Shown: positions 38,471 to 49,159 of the stretch, piece by piece | How positions within the stretch are numbered: the first letter of the stretch is position 1 | Layout: the number at the start of each line of letters is the position of its first letter | Virus record (IMG/VR): IMGVR_UViG_3300025141_000046 | Location: 1 to 64,000 of that record | Direction: 5' to 3' (one strand) | From: a virus | DNA: 64,000 nt | Notes under the pieces: model-generated | Told to the model about the DNA's origin: nothing | Seen by the model: only the letters and a program-made list of their open reading frames with translations | Database searches by the model: none | Made by a program: the position numbers and the translations under genes

Positions 38471-40953
38471 TAGAAATCCATCTTAAATCTTAATAGCATA
38501 CTATCATCAACTCTTTTCTTAATAGGTTGCGCAAGATTTGCTCGAGCTATAACATTTAGATTTTCATCGTGGATATTCAGAGAATCTATATACACAAATG
38601 GCCGACCCTCATCTGACGGACTATCTGACGCTGAAAGAGATAGATACGAAGGATTACTAGATGAGTTGAACATTCCTGCAGGTAGCGGGATATTCAGTAT
38701 TGATACATGTGTATTCTGCTCACCCTTCATTTTGATTTCGAAGCAATCTTTACCAAAGTAAGAAAGCGATGGAGATTTAACAATTGCAACACCTTCTTTG
38801 TATAGAATATTACCAACATTTGACCAAACTGGATTTTTACCCTCTGCATCGGATCTATACAGTGCACCGCGACCGTTATCCCTTAGTGTTATTCTTATCT
38901 TGCCATCAGATCCAGTAAGTGAGGGATCAGATACATAGAACGTATCTGTCTGAATCTGGTCTCCGTAGTAAATATTAGATATGTCAAAGAAGCAAATTTC
39001 ATTTGATGATCTATCACGCGTTCTCTGTGCTATTGTTAAAATCGGCCCAGCAGTTCCGCCTGTACTTTCCGGTGTAACACCTGCAAGGAGGCCAGCAATT
39101 GACTCCTTGCTTAGATTATCAGGCAGAGTTGCTGCATCACCGTCTAGAGCTGCATTCATATCTGCAACAGTTGTTGTTGGAAGTCCTGGAAATATCTTTC
39201 CAGACGGAATCATATTTTCTAAAGAAACTATGCTTAAATCCTTTCCTGCATGTTTTCTAAGAAATCTATCTGACACAGTTGAGCTTGATAGAATATACGA
39301 AAAATTAGGATTAAAATTTCCGTTATCGTTTGGCAAAAGTGTTAAATTTCTTTTCTTTATTGATCCAGTGGAGTAAGCATATGTAGTTGCACTTATATCA
39401 ACAACAGTTGTATCAATTGTCGATGCTGTTAAATTTAAGCATCTTGGCATATTGTTTGTAACAAAGTCTTTTACATGATTTTCAAGATTCATTACAAAAC
39501 CGCCTACACCAAAAGAGAAAGTTTCGTTAAACGGCTGTGTCGACTTTACATTCTGTGTCTGAAACGGTGTGATGAGCATGTCTCTCTTTCGAACGTTTGG
39601 GATAAAAAACGGTGGAACATAAAAGAGAAGATTTTTATTACTTTCTGGGGATGATGTTCCTAGAAGAGATATCTCCTCCTTTGAGATGTGTTTATCGTAT
39701 ATTTTTACTTCATGAATTTCTGCGTTTAAAGGATGCCTCATTGTATACACAGGGTCGATATTTGTCCCGAAGGTTAGGGTTGGCTGGACCCCTTCTTTTA
39801 AAGTCTCTAAGTTAAAAAACTTTGCTTCATTGTCACTACCCTCATAATAATTTCCCATAACAAGCGCTGCATTTGAAATATGGGAGGGCGGCATGATAGA
39901 TGAAGACGGAACAACAAACGATGTAGATACTCCATCTATATCTAGACTTCCAGTTCCACTATTATAACTATTAGTACCCCATCTGACAGTGCAATGATGC
40001 CAGTTATTTTTCTTTAATGAATTGTCTCCCGATAGAAAAATAAGATCTCTTGGGTATGTCCCAAGAGATCCATATGCTACTTCACTTGGGGATATATCTG
40101 CACTGTGACTAAGCTGTAGCATTAATCTAAATCCGTCGACCTGACCGCTTGCGTCAACACTGCTTCCAGATACCAGGGAAAGTGCAAAAGTTGATGATAG
40201 ATGTAAAATTGTGCCTGCTTTAAAATCATATCCTTTATCATTAGTATATCTTGGGTTTACATACATGTCTATGGAAAAAGAGCCGGTCGGAGAGTATGGT
40301 CTTGGTAATGCTGAAGATGTTGTAAAATTTTGATAAATTATCGCAGAGTTATCTGGTATTCTTGCTGTAGATCCAATTCCCGGTGCTCCAGATGTTTGCG
40401 GTGCAGAAAAGAAATTTAAGCTGTGATAGTTTGTATATGCCATCTCACAAAGATCGTATCTAGATTCATAAAATGTCATCAAACTATTTCTAATCGCAGA
40501 TTTCTCAATCGCAACATCATTAAGCGAAAATGGCGGGTCAAATCTTGTAATAAAAATCTTTTTTGAACTTGCAATAGGCGCTGGTGACTGATTAACACCG
40601 AGCATATAATTTTCAACCCAAGTTCTAACATCTGCTGTAGTACCGGAAATATTTGCTGCTGATACCTGGTCAATTGCGGTCTTTAGGCTTAGAAGCATTG
40701 TGAAATCTTCGACATTAAACGGTCTAGCACTCGGGCTAGCGTTGATATCATTGCTAGCCTGTCTAGCTACACCAGGTGCTACAAGCTCTTTTATAAAAGG
40801 ACTCGGCCTTCTTCGTAATGGAACTGAACCTGACGTTCCAGGCAAAATGTCTAGTGACTCTATCGGTATACTAGAGCTTAAATAATCCGTTTCAGGGTGC
40901 AGTGTTAACGAAAATTTTTCTACTCTTTCTGGAGGTATTTTAATAATTGACAT
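38470..40953 (-). CDS. Baseplate/tail protein with LamG (ConA-like) domain and tail-collar-like C-terminus
   Basis: SFSIDMYVNP, NNWHHCTVRW, LNAEIHEVKIYDKHIS; C-terminal VGNILYKEG...IDSLNIHDENLNVIARANLAQPIKK...RFKMDF. Confidence 0.6.
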   Translation of the reverse strand: MSIIKIPPERVEKFSLTLHPETDYLSSSIPIESLDILPGTSGSVPLRRRPSPFIKELVAPGVARQASNDINASPSARPFNVEDFTMLLSLKTAIDQVSAANISGTTADVRTWVENYMLGVNQSPAPIASSKKIFITRFDPPFSLNDVAIEKSAIRNSLMTFYESRYDLCEMAYTNYHSLNFFSAPQTSGAPGIGSTARIPDNSAIIYQNFTTSSALPRPYSPTGSFSIDMYVNPRYTNDKGYDFKAGTILHLSSTFALSLVSGSSVDASGQVDGFRLMLQLSHSADISPSEVAYGSLGTYPRDLIFLSGDNSLKKNNWHHCTVRWGTNSYNSGTGSLDIDGVSTSFVVPSSSIMPPSHISNAALVMGNYYEGSDNEAKFFNLETLKEGVQPTLTFGTNIDPVYTMRHPLNAEIHEVKIYDKHISKEEISLLGTSSPESNKNLLFYVPPFFIPNVRKRDMLITPFQTQNVKSTQPFNETFSFGVGGFVMNLENHVKDFVTNNMPRCLNLTASTIDTTVVDISATTYAYSTGSIKKRNLTLLPNDNGNFNPNFSYILSSSTVSDRFLRKHAGKDLSIVSLENMIPSGKIFPGLPTTTVADMNAALDGDAATLPDNLSKESIAGLLAGVTPESTGGTAGPILTIAQRTRDRSSNEICFFDISNIYYGDQIQTDTFYVSDPSLTGSDGKIRITLRDNGRGALYRSDAEGKNPVWSNVGNILYKEGVAIVKSPSLSYFGKDCFEIKMKGEQNTHVSILNIPLPAGMFNSSSNPSYLSLSASDSPSDEGRPFVYIDSLNIHDENLNVIARANLAQPIKKRVDDSMLLRFKMDF

Positions 40954-40962
40954 GACAAGACT

Positions 40963-42219
40963 CTAGAAGTCGAGCCTCACCCTTATAGTCAAATCCTTCT
41001 CATCGTTTTTCTCTATCGGCCTAGACGTCTTTGCGACTGCGACAAGATTATCATTCTCATCGTAGAGACCAATCGTAGTAATATATGAGAATGGTTTTTG
41101 GGTTTGCTCCTGACCTGGTTCGATAACTTTAATTCTATTTGTTGTTGTATTTACGTATGTCGGATTAGAAGAGTAGTTAAACTCATCGGCCGTAGCCCTG
41201 CAGAAAACAAGGGTAGAGTTAATGTTTGTTAAATTCTGGAATGTAATTGCTGTATTTGAACCTGATGACATTCTACATGACGCAAGGTGGTCAACGATAT
41301 CGTCAATACTAGCAGATGTAAGAAGATCTGGAATAAACTGTGCTCTCGCATTTGTACCAGGGACTATTGGGCCGCCTGTTGGGCCGCCGCCAAGATATCC
41401 TGTGCCTAGACATACCTTCCCGGCTCCAAATAATGCTTCTGTTGTTACAGCTGATATTGTCCCAGATGCATGCTGTGTTCCTGATAATATTTTTGCAAGA
41501 TCAAAAACACTGATGCCATGCTGATAAAACATTAGTCCAACATTTCTAGACGTGTTTGATGCATCTACTATGTTGCCAACCTCTCCTCCGAATGAGCTTA
41601 GGACATTTGTTGATGACCCAACGTCTGTATAGATAGCTGAACCTGATTCTGATGTCTGTGTTAGATTTGGCTTATCTGTATCAATATCATGTGATGCTGT
41701 CTGATAAAATCTCATTGCAAAAGAATCTCTTTTTATCTTGTCTCGAGAGAAAAGACGCTTAAAGGAAATAAACATTGCCTCTTCTATATTGTCAGATGCT
41801 AATGAAGAGCCTATAAACGGTGCAGTAAACCTGCTATTTGAATTACCAAGAAGAAGCTGGGCGAACTGTCTATAGTTTGAAACCTTCTCTCTCATCATTA
41901 GAGACTGAGATATGTATAAGACTTTTCCTGCTGTATCAACTCCAGTCGATGCCGATGCACAGAGCGCTGATCCTGAATATAGTCCGACTGTCATGTCAAA
42001 TACAGCATTTGCAGTTTGCAATGTGTAATCTTGATCAAAGACTGTTTGAAACAAAGAGGATGTAACTCCAGGTCCCACACCTCCTGTGACAAATACTTGA
42101 TATTTTTTTCTTGAAACTGTTCCTGAAATATCTGATTCTATAACATCAACTAGCTGGTTCAAATATGATCTAGTTGACTTAATGTCTGCTGCTGCGTTAA
42201 GCTGTTTATACGTACTCAC
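40963..42219 (-). CDS. Baseplate/tail structural protein, paralogous to 38470-40953
   Basis: VGLMFYQHG...EFNYSSNPTY...YITTIGLYDENDNLVAVAKTSRPIEK...RVRLDF. Confidence 0.6.
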   Translation of the reverse strand: MSTYKQLNAAADIKSTRSYLNQLVDVIESDISGTVSRKKYQVFVTGGVGPGVTSSLFQTVFDQDYTLQTANAVFDMTVGLYSGSALCASASTGVDTAGKVLYISQSLMMREKVSNYRQFAQLLLGNSNSRFTAPFIGSSLASDNIEEAMFISFKRLFSRDKIKRDSFAMRFYQTASHDIDTDKPNLTQTSESGSAIYTDVGSSTNVLSSFGGEVGNIVDASNTSRNVGLMFYQHGISVFDLAKILSGTQHASGTISAVTTEALFGAGKVCLGTGYLGGGPTGGPIVPGTNARAQFIPDLLTSASIDDIVDHLASCRMSSGSNTAITFQNLTNINSTLVFCRATADEFNYSSNPTYVNTTTNRIKVIEPGQEQTQKPFSYITTIGLYDENDNLVAVAKTSRPIEKNDEKDLTIRVRLDF

Positions 42220-42237
42220 TTAAGGTTCCTCTTATCT

Positions 42238-42945
42238 TTAAAAAACATTCACATTAAAACTTATAAATTGGCCTGAATTATAGCCTGATACTGTTACAAC
42301 CCTCGAAACAACGCTATTGTTTCCTTCAGTGTGTGAATAAGTGTTAAAAATATCCCCTGCAACTTCTTTTACAACGATAGAAAATGTAACCTTTGAAAGA
42401 TTTGCAGAGTCAATAGATGCATTACATGGAATAGTGTATGTTGCAATATTATAATTATCAACAGTATCAGGAATAACATTCTTAACAGTCATAAATGTAT
42501 AATCAAGTGTCACTCTATACGAGTAATCTGTATTGTCAACATCAACTGTTGTTCCGTTTGGTGCTGTCTGTTTGATAGTAACTGACTGTACTGTAGATCC
42601 TCCTACTTTTCCCCTGTACAAGCTCATTGTATTTGATGTAAGGGACGTTTCAAGAGCAAGTATTGGCAAAATATACAAGCTATTATTATTAAGACTCAAA
42701 TTTCTATATTTCACACCTAGATAGCCAGTTGTACATGCCTCAAGAACAGGTGTGTTCTTTTCTATCTTCTCTTTGCCTACAGTTCTTCCAAACTGCTCTA
42801 TAATGCTATAATCAACTTCATCATCAGCGAGAGCAAACTTAGCTATTGAAAAATTTCCAACACCGTTGGCTAGTAGCTCTCTACCCTTATCAGTTAAAAC
42901 AGCGTCTAAAATTATATTATTTGTAGAATGATCTAGGAAACCCAA
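42238..42945 (-). CDS. Baseplate wedge / tail-collar-like protein
   Basis: MGFLD...IILDAVLTDKGRELLA...IAKFALADDEVDY; AAGGAG RBS, TTG start. Confidence 0.6.
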   Translation of the reverse strand: MGFLDHSTNNIILDAVLTDKGRELLANGVGNFSIAKFALADDEVDYSIIEQFGRTVGKEKIEKNTPVLEACTTGYLGVKYRNLSLNNNSLYILPILALETSLTSNTMSLYRGKVGGSTVQSVTIKQTAPNGTTVDVDNTDYSYRVTLDYTFMTVKNVIPDTVDNYNIATYTIPCNASIDSANLSKVTFSIVVKEVAGDIFNTYSHTEGNNSVVSRVVTVSGYNSGQFISFNVNVF

Positions 42946-43005
42946 TTTAAACTCCTTACCTGATTATATATTACGATAATCAACTTCTGTAAATCTATTC
43001 GTTAA

Positions 43006-45027
43006 CTAGAAGATAGTTTTAACTGTTGCTGATGTCATCGGAACATCAGCAACTTCACCTGTTTGATCTGATATAGCTATATCGAACGTTTGTGCATTTT
43101 GTAAATCAATATTAATTATTTGAAGCTTATACATGTCAGAAATTAATCTAAGTGATGTATCTACCTTAACAGAATCTTTCCCTTCACCAGCTGTATTCGT
43201 CTTAAGAACATCATAATACTCTGGGTCAAAAAATACTCTCATTCGTGTCGACTCAGAGCTTTTAATTGTGTCAACAAAAAGATCAGTCTTTAAATATAGA
43301 TTAGGATAAGATTTTGGAGCCCCGGGGGGTGAGATTCTCTTTCTAACAATTTTATTTTTAAAACTATTAAAAGATACTAAAACTTGCTCTGAGTATTCAG
43401 AAGTTAAACCTCGTGCGTCAACGCATGCCATTGCGTAGATATAACTCTCACTTCTTTTAAAGTCGAGGTCCTTATAGTGCTTTCTTGGACCGCGAACTTG
43501 GTAAATCTTTTCAGGCGGTGCTATTTCAAGCGGGACTACTTTTGATGTAGACATATCAAAATCATATTCAGCGAGCAACACAAACGATTCTTCGATGCTT
43601 CCTCTTCTTAGTATTTGATATCTTACAACATCTCTTTGTGGGTTCGTAGGCTCTTCCCAAAATATGTCAAGCGAGTAATCCTGAAAATTATAATTAAATC
43701 TTAGGTTTTGAGGTGGTTCTGGGGGTATTCTTTCAATTGCAACAGTTTGAGTTTTTACGCCTTCTGAGGCCACCATGCTAATTGCAAAAACTATCTCATC
43801 TGGTGTAGCGCCATCTGGATCTATTGCAGATGCTTCATATGCAGTTAAATATAAGACTTTTACGTTATAGAGATATGTTGCACCATATCTTATGTCTGAG
43901 TCTAAAATATTAAAATCTCCGTAGGTATCAATAATAATCGGCTCAAGCTGCCTAGTTGACATCTCGCTGTCTGCTCCAGCCTGTATCTCGGTTTTTTCTA
44001 CATAGTAGCCTATAGGATAAGAAGATTCATCAATTACACTTTTACCTAATGTTGCATCTTCCAATGTTAGTGTATACACGGGCGCCATCTCAAGCTCAAA
44101 CTCAGAAGAATCAACTGCATATGAAGAAGCCTGGGCGACATACATATCCTGAATTAATTTCACGTCAGATTCGACACTCATCAGCTCATCTTGATAAATA
44201 TTTCCCCTGTCCTCTAGGGCACCCAAGACAACATTTGAAATTACTGCATTGTTAATTGAAAATCCAAATTCAACAAATCTAACATCTCTCAGCGCCTCGG
44301 CAATAGTTTCAAATCTCGCATCAGCTGGTGCATAAGCAACACCTTTTGGTTGACTATTTGAAAGAGCCTTTCGAATAGTTGAAGTAGTCTGAGAAGACTC
44401 TGCCATGGGGGAGAAGAACTGACTTGTCAAGTTGGTCATAAACTGACTATCTGTATCAGATTTTGCATATGCATCAGAAAATGTTACAGAGCCCGTAATT
44501 TCATTGTAAAATGTATCATCAACCTGATTATCCTTGAGTATGATTGTTGAAAATCTTGAGTTTGCGATTGCACCTTCAAAAACAATTTTATCTGTCGAGG
44601 TGTTTATTAGTGTTTTTCCTTTTGCTATTGCATAATCCTTAAGAAAGCTATCAGTAGAAAGTGACGGTGGTGGCTGACTTCTTATTTTTAATATTACTGA
44701 CCTTGGAGATTTATTTTGCTTTTTTATAAATTCAACATTCTGGTCACTCGATGCGATATTTACTATTGTTTGTTCACCTGTTGAAACTGTTCTCTCGTCC
44801 CTCGTGTAATAGTTATAGTGAAACTCTGACGAAAGTGAAAGAATTTCAGGAAGGTCAATAAATGTCGGCGGTGATGATGGATATGTAGATGTACTAGTAA
44901 GCCCAAGCTCATCTGAAAGATACTCTGAGAATGATTGAATATCTAAGATTGCTGCATCTGTATACTCTTCTGCGCTAACACTCTTTTCACTTGTATCTGC
45001 ATGAACTGCTGTTTCGTCAGTTGCCAT
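43006..45027 (-). CDS. Virion protein with fibronectin type III-like domain(s)
   Basis: PPEPPQNLRF...IFWEEP.....VVRYQILRR...YIYAMACVDARGLTSEYSEQ. Confidence 0.6.
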   Translation of the reverse strand: MATDETAVHADTSEKSVSAEEYTDAAILDIQSFSEYLSDELGLTSTSTYPSSPPTFIDLPEILSLSSEFHYNYYTRDERTVSTGEQTIVNIASSDQNVEFIKKQNKSPRSVILKIRSQPPPSLSTDSFLKDYAIAKGKTLINTSTDKIVFEGAIANSRFSTIILKDNQVDDTFYNEITGSVTFSDAYAKSDTDSQFMTNLTSQFFSPMAESSQTTSTIRKALSNSQPKGVAYAPADARFETIAEALRDVRFVEFGFSINNAVISNVVLGALEDRGNIYQDELMSVESDVKLIQDMYVAQASSYAVDSSEFELEMAPVYTLTLEDATLGKSVIDESSYPIGYYVEKTEIQAGADSEMSTRQLEPIIIDTYGDFNILDSDIRYGATYLYNVKVLYLTAYEASAIDPDGATPDEIVFAISMVASEGVKTQTVAIERIPPEPPQNLRFNYNFQDYSLDIFWEEPTNPQRDVVRYQILRRGSIEESFVLLAEYDFDMSTSKVVPLEIAPPEKIYQVRGPRKHYKDLDFKRSESYIYAMACVDARGLTSEYSEQVLVSFNSFKNKIVRKRISPPGAPKSYPNLYLKTDLFVDTIKSSESTRMRVFFDPEYYDVLKTNTAGEGKDSVKVDTSLRLISDMYKLQIINIDLQNAQTFDIAISDQTGEVADVPMTSATVKTIF

Positions 45028-45040
45028 TTTATACTATCCC

Positions 45041-48000
45041 CTAAAGCCTTACTAGCTCTGATATATCCAATGGAGAATCTAGCTGTTGCTGCTCTACACT
45101 CGGGTCATCTTCTCTATCCTGTGTATACTCATCAGAATACTCCTCTGGTTTTAAGGATATAGTTGCATAATACTGTGTATACTCTCCGTTTCCATAGACA
45201 GAATCTGATCTTGATGATTCTAGAAACTCTCTCAATTCACTTTCCTTATTTGCCAGCTTAAATGTGTCAGGATCAATCAAAATACAAAATACTCTTTCAA
45301 ATATCTTTGGATATATTATTCTATTTCTATATTTCTGGCCACTCATAAATATTGATCTAGATATTTCTCCCTTGAGTCTATCGTAATTTAATGATGATTC
45401 AACATCTAGATCTACAAATAAAGTTCTAGCTTTTTCAACCATTGTCTGGTATATTATTTCATTTCCTGGGTCTGGACCGTCAAATAAAACATTTCCCTCA
45501 AGGAACGGAAAAACATCTTCATTTAAATCAAATCCAGTAGTTAGCTTCATAAATGTTTTAATGTAATAGTCAATAACATGATTTTCAAACATTATGCGTG
45601 AATCCACACCGAGATCTGTACTAAAATACTTACCTTCAGAAATAATATTTCCCACGTATGTTCCGTTATTTCCCTCAGGGCCATATTTTCTTACTACTAT
45701 TTTTGACATAATCTCATTAAAATCTTGAGGATCAGGAGCTGAAATTGCTGCATCAATATAGCTTGTCCACCACGAAGTTCCCTCTGCTCGTCCGGTAATA
45801 ATAAATTTAGAAGTATCAAAGACGTATCTCTGGGGTGCGTATACAGCGCTTTCATTTAAAAGATCTCTTTTCCAAATAGTAATTTCAATAATATTAGAGT
45901 CTCTATACGAAGTATCACCAGTCTCATCCATCATTCTATTTCTTAGAGCTTCAATCATTCCAGCGGGAACTCCGACCGGAGCAAGAAATCGTCGAGATGC
46001 AAATGAATTTTCTCTTTTTAAAAATTTTGATAATTTTAGAAAACCAGATAGATTTTTAGTCTGATTTACAAGGATTGCCTTCGTAGCAGGAACGTAGCCG
46101 TACTCTCTATTTGGAACTGAAAGTGAGTCATAAAGTGCCCGATTTAGAGATAATTGATCTTTTGTAATTGATAAAAGCGATGCTTTTTGAAAATCAGGAT
46201 CAGATCTAATTGGTCCCAGTGCATTATCAAAGCTATCTGAATCCATGTCTGATGATGACATGGCACTCAGCAAGTTAACAGCAGCGTTAGAAAGTTGATC
46301 AATTCCAGAGGCTGCTAGCAGACATGCAGCCATTCCTGTTTGCTCAGCATATAGTAAATTCTTTTTAAAGCTTTTAAATTTTGACAACCAGGCTTCAATA
46401 GCACCGTAAGACCCGTGGAGCCAAGTCTCAGCGCTTGATGCATAATTATCTACTACTGCGAATCGTTCTGTTTCACTAATGTGATTTCCGCTGGATGACT
46501 CAAGTGTCTCAAGATCAATATCATATGGAAATGCTTTGTGAAAGATATCAACTGCATCACAAAATCCGCACGGGCTTCGTTGATTTACAGCATACAGAAT
46601 ATACACAGACGATGCAGCAAATTCATTTTGAATCTTCCCACCTGAATCTTGGCTTCTGTAAGCTGATGCTTGGAAGTAAACTGAAAGTCTAAACATGTCA
46701 TGCCAGTACTCCTTGCAAACTGCTAGCGCGGCCATTATCTTTGCTTTTTGATCATAACCCCTAGAACTTGTATTCCAAGTATCTGTGAATGATGAATCAA
46801 GAGAATTTGCAACATCCTTGTGATATCTTCTAGTTGCAAAATATGGTGTTAGGAGTATGTTTTTCGGAGCATCGTTAAGAGAGTCACCTCCCCATAGGTG
46901 ACAAACACCTCCCAGCTCATCGACAAGAGTTACAATATCTCTTGTATCACTAGCTACGTCGATACCAGAAGTGTTCCTCTCATAAAATTTATTATCTGTA
47001 CCATCGCCGGGTATTATTCCAGATGAACCCATCGGATAGTAGAAGTAATCACTAGAAGAGCCGCCGCCGCTTGATTGATCCCAAACCTCTTCGTGCTGGA
47101 TGTTACCGTCCGGATGCGCGCCATCGCCATACCACACGACATGACCTGCACCGCTAGCTTCACCTGAATCAAATGAATCGATGATATCTTTTTGCAATTT
47201 TTCTATTGCCTTCCACTCAAGGACATTAGCAGCTTCTTTAAGTGTGCCCTGTGTAATTTTTCCATCCTGATACTCGCAGTATGCAACATTTAATGCTCCA
47301 ACATAGTATGCAATTGTTGAATCTTCTGAGGCCATTGCAGCAACTAAGAATGTAAAAAGATATGAATTTTTAATATCAGATACGTACTCCTGATTCCACA
47401 CGAGACCTTGACCTGTTGAGTCTCTTAGGCCCTTTAAGATATAGTGGTAGAATGTACTTGGCATAATTTTTAAACTTTCTGATTTTTTTTCGTATCCATA
47501 CTGATAAAAAGAATCATCTATGTAGCTATCACTCCCTGGTGTGGGTCCACAAAGTAGACTTCCGTAATCTTTAAGGTTGTCTGCTGCTAGAGATAGTGAG
47601 CCTATTAAGCTTTGAATTCGATCTTTAGCATCGTCGTACTCAAGCGTAGGTATTTCATCACAGTAATATGACCTACCAGTTCGAGATGAAGAAACACCAT
47701 CTGCAAGCTCCGCATTTGTCTGTGTATATGACTCTATTACATCTCTAGTATCGGAGCTTGAAAAATCTCGATTTGGTGTTAGAATATATCTTGTCAGATT
47801 ATCTTCTGATGTGGGTAATTTTTCCAGTATGCTTGATAAGTCTAAAGATGTGGATCTTCCAAAAGATCTTTCTATAAATGTAGATATATCAGATACATTT
47901 GTTGAAGCTCCAGCAAGTGAGCTATTTTTTGAAAAAACTAATGTCTGGAGTGTGTCTAGAGCTGCAAAGCTGCATAAATTTGCTAAAAATGCACCTATTG

Positions 48001-49156
48001 TTTCATTACCCCATCTATTCTCAGACATACCTGATATCATTCCATCGAAATTTCCGCTACTTAGCTCACTTGTGCTGCTAGCAGTAAGTCCCATTGTAGA
48101 TGATATTCCGTCAGTTCCGGAATATGAACTGAACGACGCAATATCTTTTAAAAGAAGCAAAGAGGGCGTAGCAGATTTTATAATATTATATCCTGGCAAA
48201 ACACCCTTGACATAGCTTCCGCTGTCAGTGCCGTACCCTGGCGAAAATTTTAATCCACAAATAGACCCAGCTATGACGTTAAACATTGCAAGCATGTGAA
48301 GTGATCCACTAGATCCGCGAAATTTCGATCGTGATGAAATACTTGTGTGTAGACCGAGAACATCTGTTAGGAAATCAACAAAATTCATTGAAACTGTATA
48401 CGGAACTTGACCTACGTTTGCGTCTACTGAGAGATCAAGTGCTGGAAAATTGGCCAATGCTGCAGTGAAGGCTGGTCGTATAGATGCGTCTACTGTCTGT
48501 TCCACGACGAAGGTGCCGTCTTCAGTGGAGTAGCGGTCCGCTCCATTAAAAATAATATGTGAAGAATTTAAATCTTGAGAGTCAATAAAGCTAGAAATTG
48601 AAAAATAAATAGTTGACAAATAATTCAAAATACTAGAAGCTTGCTCCATATTATCTGTATATTTGCTAATAATTTGATTAGCAAACTCTATATCCTCTGA
48701 AGACATGCTGTCACTTACAATATACTGACCGTTTTCGCTAGATATTCCGAGCATTAATTTAAAATAAGAATCTGCATCACTGTATCTCATTTGCTTAAGC
48801 TGGCACTGGTAGTCATATAGCTCACCGGACGGCGTTATAATATATTCTGCGCCGCTGCCATCGTCAGACCCACGCTCAAGCGGTGCAATATAATTGAACA
48901 TTCCTATAATCTCAGGTCGCTGTGTTGAAAATCCCCTACTGTTTAAAAGAGACTCAAGGTCAGAATTGAGATAGAAAGAATCAGAAGTGCTTGATTGAAA
49001 AGCTACAGTTCCGCCACGAGATTGTACAAGACCTGATTCTTCTATAGGTGACGGATATAAAACTTTATCAGCTGTAGACTGTGCTGGAACTTTTGTATCT
49101 AGCTGGTCAGAATGGCTAGCATCTGGCAAAATACTAATTTTAACTGTTGGATCCAT
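45041..49156 (-). CDS. Large hypothetical virion/baseplate protein
   Basis: 1371 aa S/D-rich ORF in the structural operon; no motif recognised. Confidence 0.6.
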   Translation of the reverse strand: MDPTVKISILPDASHSDQLDTKVPAQSTADKVLYPSPIEESGLVQSRGGTVAFQSSTSDSFYLNSDLESLLNSRGFSTQRPEIIGMFNYIAPLERGSDDGSGAEYIITPSGELYDYQCQLKQMRYSDADSYFKLMLGISSENGQYIVSDSMSSEDIEFANQIISKYTDNMEQASSILNYLSTIYFSISSFIDSQDLNSSHIIFNGADRYSTEDGTFVVEQTVDASIRPAFTAALANFPALDLSVDANVGQVPYTVSMNFVDFLTDVLGLHTSISSRSKFRGSSGSLHMLAMFNVIAGSICGLKFSPGYGTDSGSYVKGVLPGYNIIKSATPSLLLLKDIASFSSYSGTDGISSTMGLTASSTSELSSGNFDGMISGMSENRWGNETIGAFLANLCSFAALDTLQTLVFSKNSSLAGASTNVSDISTFIERSFGRSTSLDLSSILEKLPTSEDNLTRYILTPNRDFSSSDTRDVIESYTQTNAELADGVSSSRTGRSYYCDEIPTLEYDDAKDRIQSLIGSLSLAADNLKDYGSLLCGPTPGSDSYIDDSFYQYGYEKKSESLKIMPSTFYHYILKGLRDSTGQGLVWNQEYVSDIKNSYLFTFLVAAMASEDSTIAYYVGALNVAYCEYQDGKITQGTLKEAANVLEWKAIEKLQKDIIDSFDSGEASGAGHVVWYGDGAHPDGNIQHEEVWDQSSGGGSSSDYFYYPMGSSGIIPGDGTDNKFYERNTSGIDVASDTRDIVTLVDELGGVCHLWGGDSLNDAPKNILLTPYFATRRYHKDVANSLDSSFTDTWNTSSRGYDQKAKIMAALAVCKEYWHDMFRLSVYFQASAYRSQDSGGKIQNEFAASSVYILYAVNQRSPCGFCDAVDIFHKAFPYDIDLETLESSSGNHISETERFAVVDNYASSAETWLHGSYGAIEAWLSKFKSFKKNLLYAEQTGMAACLLAASGIDQLSNAAVNLLSAMSSSDMDSDSFDNALGPIRSDPDFQKASLLSITKDQLSLNRALYDSLSVPNREYGYVPATKAILVNQTKNLSGFLKLSKFLKRENSFASRRFLAPVGVPAGMIEALRNRMMDETGDTSYRDSNIIEITIWKRDLLNESAVYAPQRYVFDTSKFIITGRAEGTSWWTSYIDAAISAPDPQDFNEIMSKIVVRKYGPEGNNGTYVGNIISEGKYFSTDLGVDSRIMFENHVIDYYIKTFMKLTTGFDLNEDVFPFLEGNVLFDGPDPGNEIIYQTMVEKARTLFVDLDVESSLNYDRLKGEISRSIFMSGQKYRNRIIYPKIFERVFCILIDPDTFKLANKESELREFLESSRSDSVYGNGEYTQYYATISLKPEEYSDEYTQDREDDPSVEQQQLDSPLDISELVRL

Positions 49157-49159
49157 CTG